Below, one piece after another: positions 28,505-36,684 of a stretch of 40,595 bases of DNA (position 1 is its first letter; every line of letters starts with the position of its first letter). Source of the DNA: Atribacterota bacterium (GTDB lineage: Bacteria > Atribacterota > Phoenicimicrobiia > Phoenicimicrobiales > Stramentimicrobiaceae). The notes below the pieces were generated by a model. The model was not told the origin of the DNA, did not search any database, and saw only the letters and a program-made list of their open reading frames with translations. The stretch is from contig JAXGNR010000014.1 in the NCBI GenBank assembly GCA_040767965.1, forward strand, positions 1 through 40,595, in the 5' to 3' direction. Position numbers and translations under genes: made by a program.

Positions 28505-28533
28505 ATTATAGTTATAATTTTGAAATTAGTCAA
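28505..28533 (-). promoter_or_regulatory. sigma70 promoter driving the T-box leader
   Basis: TTGACT (28533-28528), 17 nt spacer, TATAAT (28510-28505), just upstream of Stem I. Confidence 0.8.
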
Positions 28534-28589
28534 ATATTTTAAAAAATTATTTTTATATTTACTGTATTTATATTATTTATCAGCATGTG

Positions 28590-30344
28590 CTATTTGCCGT
28601 TCACAGATCCATTAACCCAGTCAGGCATAAAACCTTTAAACTGAGATTGGTAAAGTTTTGTATATAATTTTTTTTGAGCTATCAGTTCATTATGAGTTCC
28701 TTTTTCAACTATTCCTTGATTTGTAAGCACTATTATTTGATCGGCATTCCGAATAGTAGAAAGTCTATGGGCAATTACTAATACTGTTCTGCCAATAGTA
28801 AGCTTTTCTAATGCTTTTTGGATTATTGCTTCTGATTCCGCATCTAAAGAAGAAGTGGCCTCATCAAGGATTAAAATAGGAGGATTTTTTAAAAATGCTC
28901 TTGCTAATGATATTCTCTGTTTTTGTCCACCCGAAAGCTTTAAACCTTTTTCCCCAATATAAGTCTCATAACCATCAGTCAGGCTATTAATAAAATCATG
29001 AATATTAGCATCTATAGCAGCCTTGATAACCTCTTCTTTAGAAGCATCCGGTTTCCCGTATAGTATATTTTCTCCAATAGTTCCGGTAAATAGAAAAACA
29101 TCCTGCTGCACTAACCCAATGTTTCTTCTTAAAGAATTTAAACTAACATCTTTAATGTTTATGCCATCAATCAGAATTTCACCGCTATTTACTTCATAAA
29201 ATCTTGGAATTAAATGGCATAAAGTAGTCTTCCCTGCTCCCGAAGGTCCTACTAAAGCAAGGGTTCTGCCTGATTCTATTACCAGATTTATATTTGACAA
29301 TACAATCTCTTCTTTTTTATAGCTAAATGATACATCTCTAAACTCTACCTTGCCTTTTATCTTGGCTAATTCCAGAGCATTTTCTTTATCTGTAATAGAT
29401 GGTTTAATCGTCATAATTTCTACAAATCTTTCAAAGCCACTGATTCCTTCCTGCAACTGTTCGGTAAAATTTGTCAGCCGGCGGATAGGCTGTAAGAAAA
29501 AACTGATATATAAAAGATAAGCTACCAGATCTCCGATGTTTATGATATTTTTAAATACAAAAAATCCACCTAATCCTAAAGCAACAATATTTAAAAAATT
29601 AGTCAGGAACATAATAGTTGAAAAGAATTCTGCCATTACCTTGTAAGACATTTCCCTGGATTCATTAAATTTTTGATTGCCAAGGTCAAACTTTTCCATT
29701 TCAAATTCCTCATTGGTAAATGCTTTGGACACCCTTATACCGGAAATACTATTTTCCAGTTGAGCATTAACATTGGCAATTTTTTTCCTGACTAACCTGA
29801 AAACCTCAGTCATTTTCTTTCTTTTATTTATTGCATAAAAAAGTAGTATTACTAAAAATCCATATAATATTAAAGTAAGTCGCCATTCAATGCGGAAAAG
29901 TATAATAAATGAACCTATTATCATTACTAATGATAAAAATATATCTTCAGGTCCATGATGAGCAAGACCAGCAATTTTGCTAATGTCATTTACCACCCGG
30001 GACATAATATGTCCTGTTTTGACACTATCAAAATAATCAACTGATAACGCCTGTAGATGCCGAAAAAGATCTGTTCTCATATCTCTTTCCATCCTGGCCC
30101 CCATAGCATGTCCCCAGTAATTTACTATATACTGAGCTACTGCACGCACTATAGAAAGAATTACTAAAATCCCTATGTATGTATAAAAAAGTCTGAACTG
30201 ATTGTTGGGAATAATCTGATTAATAAAACTTCTTGTAACCGAGGGAAAAGCCAGATCAACTGCAGCAATTATTGTTGCAGAAGCTAAATCTAAAAACAGT
30301 ATTCCCTTGTAAGGCTTATAATAATGAACAAATCTCTTAAACAT
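28590..30344 (-). CDS. ABC exporter, fused permease/ATPase (MdlB/MsbA-like)
   Basis: N-terminal TMD; GPSGAGKTT, LSGGQKQRISLARA, LILDEATSSLD, IAHRLST. Confidence 0.92.
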   Translation of the reverse strand: MFKRFVHYYKPYKGILFLDLASATIIAAVDLAFPSVTRSFINQIIPNNQFRLFYTYIGILVILSIVRAVAQYIVNYWGHAMGARMERDMRTDLFRHLQALSVDYFDSVKTGHIMSRVVNDISKIAGLAHHGPEDIFLSLVMIIGSFIILFRIEWRLTLILYGFLVILLFYAINKRKKMTEVFRLVRKKIANVNAQLENSISGIRVSKAFTNEEFEMEKFDLGNQKFNESREMSYKVMAEFFSTIMFLTNFLNIVALGLGGFFVFKNIINIGDLVAYLLYISFFLQPIRRLTNFTEQLQEGISGFERFVEIMTIKPSITDKENALELAKIKGKVEFRDVSFSYKKEEIVLSNINLVIESGRTLALVGPSGAGKTTLCHLIPRFYEVNSGEILIDGINIKDVSLNSLRRNIGLVQQDVFLFTGTIGENILYGKPDASKEEVIKAAIDANIHDFINSLTDGYETYIGEKGLKLSGGQKQRISLARAFLKNPPILILDEATSSLDAESEAIIQKALEKLTIGRTVLVIAHRLSTIRNADQIIVLTNQGIVEKGTHNELIAQKKLYTKLYQSQFKGFMPDWVNGSVNGK

Positions 30345-30391
30345 TTATCTTCTTTCTAAAATTATTTGATAACTTTTTCACACAATAGGAA

Positions 30392-30420
30392 ATTCTATCA
30401 TTAACTGCACTGTCTTGCAA
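30392..30420 (-). promoter_or_regulatory. sigma70 promoter (extended -10) of the ABC exporter
   Basis: TTGCAA, 17 nt spacer ending in TGA, then TAGAAT. Confidence 0.55.
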
Positions 30421-30446
30421 AATTTCCGTAATCAGACAAAAAGAAG

Positions 30447-31274
30447 TTAAATTTTTTCTATATCATTGATTCCAGCAATTGCCGGTATAATCTCTTTCAG
30501 AGATTTAAAAACCATATCCGGTTTAATTAAAGAGTGAGCTATTTCTTCTTTTTTAGTTTCCCCGGAAAGAACCAGTATAGTATTTATGTCACTATCTTTT
30601 CCTAAAGCAATATCGGTGTAAAGCCTGTCACCAATAAAAACAATATCCTGACCTTTAAAGCCAGTATGTTCTTTCATAAAATTTACTGCATAAAAAGATG
30701 GTTTCCCAAACACAATCGGCTTTTTCCCGGTAGAAGCAGTTATCAATGCGCATATTGAACCACAATCAGGGAGAAAGCCATTCTCGATGGGGCAATTAAA
30801 ATCAGGGTTTACTGCATAAAAATTGGCTCCATTTCTAATGAAATGGCAGGCTGCAGCTACTTTTTGATAATCCAGGCTTGTATCAAATCCGACTACAACA
30901 ATATCAGGGTCCTCATCAACCATCCTTAATTTGGCATTAACAAAATCATCTCTCAAATATTTATTTCCAACCAGATATATTTTTATATTATTCTTTTTCT
31001 TTAAATATTTTATAATAACCTGGTTAGCAGTTAATATATTTTTTTCTGTAATTGAACATCCCATTTTATCCAATTTTTTTCTATAATATGAAGCATTTCT
31101 TGAAGAGTTATTGGTGAAAAAATAAAATGACTTCCCCAGACTTTTGATATATTCCAAAAATTCCAGAGAGCCGTCTATGATCTTATTGCCTAAATAAAAA
31201 GTCCCATCCAGATCCAGAATAAAACACTTCACCTGTCGTAAAATTTCTTTTTTTTCTTTTGTGAGGTAATTCAT
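30447..31274 (-). CDS. HAD-IIA family hydrolase (NagD-like)
   Basis: DLDGT, FTNNS, NPD, FGKP, IGDRLYTDI, VLSGET. Confidence 0.92.
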   Translation of the reverse strand: MNYLTKEKKEILRQVKCFILDLDGTFYLGNKIIDGSLEFLEYIKSLGKSFYFFTNNSSRNASYYRKKLDKMGCSITEKNILTANQVIIKYLKKKNNIKIYLVGNKYLRDDFVNAKLRMVDEDPDIVVVGFDTSLDYQKVAAACHFIRNGANFYAVNPDFNCPIENGFLPDCGSICALITASTGKKPIVFGKPSFYAVNFMKEHTGFKGQDIVFIGDRLYTDIALGKDSDINTILVLSGETKKEEIAHSLIKPDMVFKSLKEIIPAIAGINDIEKI

Positions 31275-31403
31275 TTATGTTTTTCTCAATTATTTTCTAA
31301 CATTTCAAAATATCCAATGCTTTTTATTTTCTTTAGGTGTTGCCCCTTAAAAATTTTTTATATTTCTAATCTTTTTTACTATTTTTGCTATTATTTATTT
31401 ATT

Positions 31404-32234
31404 TTATTGCAAAATTATTTTGAATACTTTAGGCCATAATTTACCGGTAACATACAGATAGTCATTTATATTATCATAAGCTATCCCATTTAAAACATCC
31501 ACATTCTCATTGTAAAAAGACAGGTCCAGAATATTTGAAAGATCTATCCATCCTTGCACCTGTCCATTTTCCGGTTCAATAATAGCAATTTTTTCTTCCT
31601 GCCAGATATTTGCATAAAGATACCCTTGAATATATTCCAGTTCATTGATTAATTGAAGTTTTTGCATACCTTCAAATACTTCAACCTGTTTTACTTCTTT
31701 CAAGGTGTAGGGATCTAGAAAATGTAGTACTGAAGTGCCGTCACTGATGATTAAATGAGTGCCGTCATATGCAGCACCCCAACCTTCAAATGGATAATAA
31801 AAAGTATCTAACAGTTGAAAGGTAACAATATCATAAATAAATCCTGTTTGTTCTTTCCATGTTAACTGGTATATCCTATTATCAATAATTGTTATTCCTT
31901 CTGCAAAATAGCTGTCTGCCAATTCATATTTTTGCAATATTTTCCCAGTAGAAGCTTCTACTTTTCTTAAAGAAGAATTGCCATAAAGTCCTGTGCTTTC
32001 ATAAAAATAACCATCTTTCCATATCAAACCTTGGGTAAAAGCAGTGCTATCGTGGGGATAGCTATCAATTATTTGATATTGATAGTGCAAAACATTTGGA
32101 TTATCAAGATCAAGACATCCTTGAGCGGGAAATATAAATATAAAAAAAATATTTAGAAAAATTAATAACTTTCTGTGCCTGGAAGAAATAAAATACATCT
32201 TTAACAGGCTTATATTTTTACTAAACTTAATCAT
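31404..32234 (-). CDS. glutaminyl-peptide cyclotransferase (type II, plant/bacterial beta-propeller)
   Basis: YPHDSTAFTQGL, ESTGLYG, FAEGIT, QLTWK, EGWG, NELE, VLNGIAYD, VTGKLWP; possible lipobox AQG-C. Confidence 0.92.
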   Translation of the reverse strand: MIKFSKNISLLKMYFISSRHRKLLIFLNIFFIFIFPAQGCLDLDNPNVLHYQYQIIDSYPHDSTAFTQGLIWKDGYFYESTGLYGNSSLRKVEASTGKILQKYELADSYFAEGITIIDNRIYQLTWKEQTGFIYDIVTFQLLDTFYYPFEGWGAAYDGTHLIISDGTSVLHFLDPYTLKEVKQVEVFEGMQKLQLINELEYIQGYLYANIWQEEKIAIIEPENGQVQGWIDLSNILDLSFYNENVDVLNGIAYDNINDYLYVTGKLWPKVFKIILQ

Positions 32235-32268
32235 AATGTAATCGATCCTAAAGTATTTCTATATTATT

Positions 32269-32646
32269 CTATTCTTTTTCTTTTTTGCCATCATTTAGCA
32301 GTTCTGGATTACATAAATGGCAAATCCCGGCAACTTTTTTAACTTCAATAACAAAAGCTATGCCTTTCCCGGGCTCATTTAAACTCATTTCTCTTTCAAT
32401 TGCCTCTAATACTTTCTCTGTTTTCTCTCTGCTGATCAAGGTCAGGACAACTTCTTTTTCCGGCTGGATTGGGATTCCAAATATTTTTGATTCTTCATGA
32501 ACTCCGGTTCCTCTTCCAGGTAAGATTGTTCCCCCTTCCGCCCCAGCTTTCTTTGAAACATCGCTTACTTCAGTAGCAAAGCCCCTATTTACAATAGTTA
32601 CAATTAAATCAAAGTTAATATTAATTTTTTCCATTTTATCCACCAC
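32269..32646 (-). CDS. PII-like (GlnB fold) regulatory protein
   Basis: IVTIVNRG, AGAEGGTILPGRGTG, EKEVV, PGKGIAFV; C-terminal CHLC. Confidence 0.85.
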   Translation of the reverse strand: MVDKMEKININFDLIVTIVNRGFATEVSDVSKKAGAEGGTILPGRGTGVHEESKIFGIPIQPEKEVVLTLISREKTEKVLEAIEREMSLNEPGKGIAFVIEVKKVAGICHLCNPELLNDGKKEKE

Positions 32647-32659
32647 TCCTTAGGATATT

Positions 32660-33412
32660 TTAATGTTCAGAGGTTTGTTTTTGTTCTTTTTTTACTTTAG
32701 ATTCTTGTTTATTATACAAAACTCCCAGTATCAGAATTGATATTATTGGCACCATTGAAACCAGGGCTATCATCCCAAAAGCATCTGTAATAGGATTGCT
32801 GCCACTAACGGCATGTGAGCTACCTAAGATAAGTGCCAGTAGAAAAGTGGCGATCATTGGCCCTGTAACTACCCCTCCGGAATCAAAAGCAATTGCCACG
32901 AAAATTGGTTTAACATACCACATTAGCAATAAAACAATCAAATATCCTGGCAAAATAAAATACCACAAAGAAATTCCCTTTAACATCCTGGTCATAGATA
33001 GTGCTACTGCTACAGCTACCCCAAAAGATAAAAAGAAAAGCATTATTTTTTTGTTAATATAGCCAGATGATACCTTTTCAACTTCAATATTTAATACCTG
33101 GATTGCCGGTTCAGCAAAAGTTACTACAAAGCCTAGTACAAATCCAATTGGTATTAAGACCCAATTATAATGTGATTCTCCTAAAGTTTTCCCAATTAGA
33201 TTGCCCATCTTGATAAAACCGATATTCACCCCATGGATAAATAAAACCAACCCGGCAAATGTCAGCACAATTCCGCGAAGAACAATTACAAGTCTTTTTA
33301 TTGGTATTTTCAGATTAACAAATTGAAAAACTAAAAATAATACTAATAATGGTAATAATGCCCAAAATACCTCTTTTGAAACAATTAGTAATTCTTTAAA
33401 AAATATATTCAT
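32660..33412 (-). CDS. DUF1538 family membrane protein
   Basis: FAEPA, IAFDSGGVVTGP, DAFGMIAL. Confidence 0.88.
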   Translation of the reverse strand: MNIFFKELLIVSKEVFWALLPLLVLFLVFQFVNLKIPIKRLVIVLRGIVLTFAGLVLFIHGVNIGFIKMGNLIGKTLGESHYNWVLIPIGFVLGFVVTFAEPAIQVLNIEVEKVSSGYINKKIMLFFLSFGVAVAVALSMTRMLKGISLWYFILPGYLIVLLLMWYVKPIFVAIAFDSGGVVTGPMIATFLLALILGSSHAVSGSNPITDAFGMIALVSMVPIISILILGVLYNKQESKVKKEQKQTSEH

Positions 33413-34098
33413 TGATAAATTATTCCTAATATTAAAACTGAAATAATTGGTCCGATAGAAGCCAAACCTACAAAACCAAAACTATCAGCAGAAGCTGTTT
33501 TAGAGCCACTTATTGAAGACATTCCTACTCCCAGTGCCAGGATAAAAGGAACAGTCATTGGTCCTGTGGTTGCCCCACCAGCATCAAAGGCAACTGCAAA
33601 AAAGCTGGGCGGGGCAAATAAAGCCAGTGTAAATACAATGATATATCCTCCTATCAGGAGAAAACGCAAAGGTATTTTATAAATAATCCTCAGCAATGCT
33701 AGGGAAAGAAATAGTCCCACACCAAGAGATACTATTATTACAAGCAAATTTTTTGGGATAACTCCATTGGAAACACTATCTATTTGATCAGCCAATATTT
33801 GCAATCCTGGTTCAGCTATTGTAACTGAAAATCCAAGACAAACACTTAAACCTATTAAAAACCAGATACTTTCATTTTTCATTAAGGAAACACCAAAAGC
33901 CTCCCCGATAGGTAATAAGCTTACACGAACACCAATTAAAAATAATGTAAAACCTAAAAATGCCAGCAATGCTCCTAATAAAAAATTTAAAAAATCACTT
34001 ATTGGCAACCAGATAACAGTAAATTGTAAAATAGCGATTACTACTGTAATAGGTAAAATAGCAAATAACACTTCTCTGATTACTTCTTTTGGGTTCAT
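33409..34098 (-). CDS. DUF1538 family membrane protein
   Basis: IAEPG, VAFDAGGATTGPMTVPFILALG, SFGFVGLASIGP; ATGA overlap with the next gene. Confidence 0.88.
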   Translation of the reverse strand: MNPKEVIREVLFAILPITVVIAILQFTVIWLPISDFLNFLLGALLAFLGFTLFLIGVRVSLLPIGEAFGVSLMKNESIWFLIGLSVCLGFSVTIAEPGLQILADQIDSVSNGVIPKNLLVIIVSLGVGLFLSLALLRIIYKIPLRFLLIGGYIIVFTLALFAPPSFFAVAFDAGGATTGPMTVPFILALGVGMSSISGSKTASADSFGFVGLASIGPIISVLILGIIYQ

Positions 34099-34137
34099 GA
34101 AAATTCTTCTTTACAAACCTTTATGTTTTCTTTATTT

Positions 34138-34692
34138 TTATAAGCCAATTAACTCTATTGTATATAAAAACAAGATAATTAACAAGCAAATTGGAATTAT
34201 AACTATCCAATGATTTACTTTCAAATATTCTGGAATAGTAATTTCACCAAACCAGCCTTTTTTAAGGATTTTTTCTAATCCAGGGTATAAATGAGCAAAT
34301 ATTCCAGACCCAATTATAATCCCTAACAGCCCACCAGCTAGTGCATCAATATTGCCCTGTCCGATTGCCGCTGAAATGGTACCAGGACAATATCCTAATA
34401 ATGCAAATCCGATTCCAAAAATAAAACCTCCAATAATAGTCATACCGATGGATCCTGGTTTGGGGTGAAGCTGTGCTAATTTAAAATCTTTCAGAAAATA
34501 AACTCCCACCATTCCAACAATAATAGCTGACAGTATTATTTTAATTACTGTAAAATCTTTAAGAAGTAATTGTCCCATGATTACATCATATTTAGCTACT
34601 CCTCCTTTTTGCAGGAGGAAACCAAAAATAATGCCCATTAAAAGACCTAACAAAAGTTGTGTTTTATTTTGAGAGTGTAATTTTTTAAACAT
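34138..34692 (-). CDS. YeeE/YedE sulfur-transport family protein (half)
   Basis: FGFLLQKG, GGFIFGIGFALLGYCPGT. Confidence 0.88.
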   Translation of the reverse strand: MFKKLHSQNKTQLLLGLLMGIIFGFLLQKGGVAKYDVIMGQLLLKDFTVIKIILSAIIVGMVGVYFLKDFKLAQLHPKPGSIGMTIIGGFIFGIGFALLGYCPGTISAAIGQGNIDALAGGLLGIIIGSGIFAHLYPGLEKILKKGWFGEITIPEYLKVNHWIVIIPICLLIILFLYTIELIGL

Positions 34693-34701
34693 ATTTTTCT
34701 C

Positions 34702-35214
34702 CTACAAATAATAAAGGAGGCGAGCCATAAAAATACCTCCGATAAAGAATACTATTACAGCAAGCCAGCTGCTTATAGCCAACTGCATAGTTCCACTAAT
34801 ACCATGTCCACTGGTGCATCCTCCAGCCCACCTTGCGCCAATTCCTAAAATAACTCCACCCAGTAAGGCAGTTAAAAATCTTGGTAAAAAAGAAAACCCA
34901 AATCTGGCCATCCATAAAGAAGGAATAAACCTTAAAGAAAAATCAGCGGAAAGTATTGCTGATAAAAAAGATCCGATTATAATTCCCAGCACAAACATCC
35001 ATTCCCAATCAATCACTGCAGGAAATTTTTGATAATAAGAGTTATTTTCTACAGATTTGCCTGTTATAATCTGTTCTATCATACCACTGGTTCTGGAAAA
35101 AGCAGTAGAGCAACCGATAGGTTTATTGGAAAGTAAAAAAGTAAACCAGCTTAAGATACCAATTCCTCCTCCAACCAGATAAGGAGACCATATTTTTAAA
35201 GTAAAAAAATCCAT
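34702..35214 (-). CDS. YeeE/YedE sulfur-transport family protein (half)
   Basis: WSPY, PIGCS, GARWAGGCTSGHGISG. Confidence 0.88.
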   Translation of the reverse strand: MDFFTLKIWSPYLVGGGIGILSWFTFLLSNKPIGCSTAFSRTSGMIEQIITGKSVENNSYYQKFPAVIDWEWMFVLGIIIGSFLSAILSADFSLRFIPSLWMARFGFSFLPRFLTALLGGVILGIGARWAGGCTSGHGISGTMQLAISSWLAVIVFFIGGIFMARLLYYL

Positions 35215-35242
35215 TTTTTCACTCCTTTCAATTTGCTTTTAT

Positions 35243-36658
35243 TTATCTATGAATTTTCCATCTATAAGGAAAACTTCCCCATTTATTTATAGCTTCTTTA
35301 TTTTCTCCAAACTCACCCATTCCAGTCATACCTCCGGCAACATTTACCAAATCTTCAAATCCCCTTTGTAATAATAAAGAAATTGCTAAAGTTGAACGAT
35401 GTCCAGTGCTGCAAATGACATAATATTTTTCCTCTTTACTCAACTCCTTATACCTTTCCCTTAAATCAGGAGCAGGAATATTGATTGCTCCTGCCAGATG
35501 TTTCTCTTCATATTCAGCAACTGCCCGTACGTCCAAAATATTTATATTATTATCTTTTAGCAAGACTGCTAATTCCGGAGAAGATACCTGCAATGAATGA
35601 CGGCTTGGCAATCCATCTTTTGCCCATTCAAACATTCCACCTTCCAGATAGCCATAGGTATTATCCAAACCCACTCTTTGTAGCCATACAGCTACTTCTT
35701 CAGCAGTAACCTGCTCAGGAGTAACTAATAATATTTTTTTCTGCGGTGGGATTACCCATCCGGCAAAAGTAGGAAAATTTCCATCATAAGTAATTCCATA
35801 GGCATTAAAGATATGTTGCCCCTCAAAAGCATCATAGGAACGGCAATCCAGTATCACATAATTATCAGATTCTGCTAGTTTACCGAATTCCAGGGGAGAC
35901 AATGCTTTAATTCTTTTTAATTTACTAACTAATTGAGGTCCTTTTCTATTTATTTCACTGCAACGTCCAAAATGGTCAGGAACAGGTGGCATATCATTTG
36001 TTAGCGAAGTTATAAATTCTTTTTCTGAAGCAATCTGCAAAGCCTCATTATATCTTTTTTCATACCCGATTGTGCTTCTTCTTTTAGCGCCCATAGCCCT
36101 CCCGCAAAGAGATCCTGCTCCATGAGCTGGTAATACTTCACAAAAATCAGGTAATGCCTTGAATTTTTTTAAACTATTAAATAGTTTGGAAGCTAATTCC
36201 TCTGCTCTGCCAGGGAACAGATCCGGTCTTCCAACATCTTCCACAAACATAGTGTCCCCTGAAAAAAGAACAACAGGTTCTTCTCCTCTGGACTTGTCAG
36301 TTACCACATATGCTATGTGTTCAGGTGTGTGACCAGGTGTTTCCAGTACTCTTATTGAAACATTATCAACCTGAAATTCATCTCCTTCTTTTAAAGAGTG
36401 ATGTTCAAACTCACAATTTGCTGAAGCAGGAGCATATATTTCAGCTCCAGTCTTTTCAGCCAGGTCCATATGTCCTGAAATAAAATCAGCATGCAGATGT
36501 GTTTCTAAAATGTGTGTTATCTTAAAACCCATATTTTTGGCAGCAGCAATATAGTGCTCTACATCACGGCTAGGGTCAACGATTGCACAATGTTCATTTC
36601 CTGCCAGAAGATAAGAACTGTGAGCAATTTTCGGAATATAGAATTGTTCAATATACAT
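35243..36658 (-). CDS. MBL-fold persulfide dioxygenase-like + two rhodanese domains (CstB/Blh-like)
   Basis: ETHLHADFISG, TPGHTPEH, GDTMFVEDVGRPDL, PAHGAGSLCG; first rhodanese lacks the active Cys, second has ICSTGHRS. Confidence 0.88.
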   Translation of the reverse strand: MYIEQFYIPKIAHSSYLLAGNEHCAIVDPSRDVEHYIAAAKNMGFKITHILETHLHADFISGHMDLAEKTGAEIYAPASANCEFEHHSLKEGDEFQVDNVSIRVLETPGHTPEHIAYVVTDKSRGEEPVVLFSGDTMFVEDVGRPDLFPGRAEELASKLFNSLKKFKALPDFCEVLPAHGAGSLCGRAMGAKRRSTIGYEKRYNEALQIASEKEFITSLTNDMPPVPDHFGRCSEINRKGPQLVSKLKRIKALSPLEFGKLAESDNYVILDCRSYDAFEGQHIFNAYGITYDGNFPTFAGWVIPPQKKILLVTPEQVTAEEVAVWLQRVGLDNTYGYLEGGMFEWAKDGLPSRHSLQVSSPELAVLLKDNNINILDVRAVAEYEEKHLAGAINIPAPDLRERYKELSKEEKYYVICSTGHRSTLAISLLLQRGFEDLVNVAGGMTGMGEFGENKEAINKWGSFPYRWKIHR

Positions 36659-36684
36659 AAATCCTCCTTTGATTTAAACAAAAT

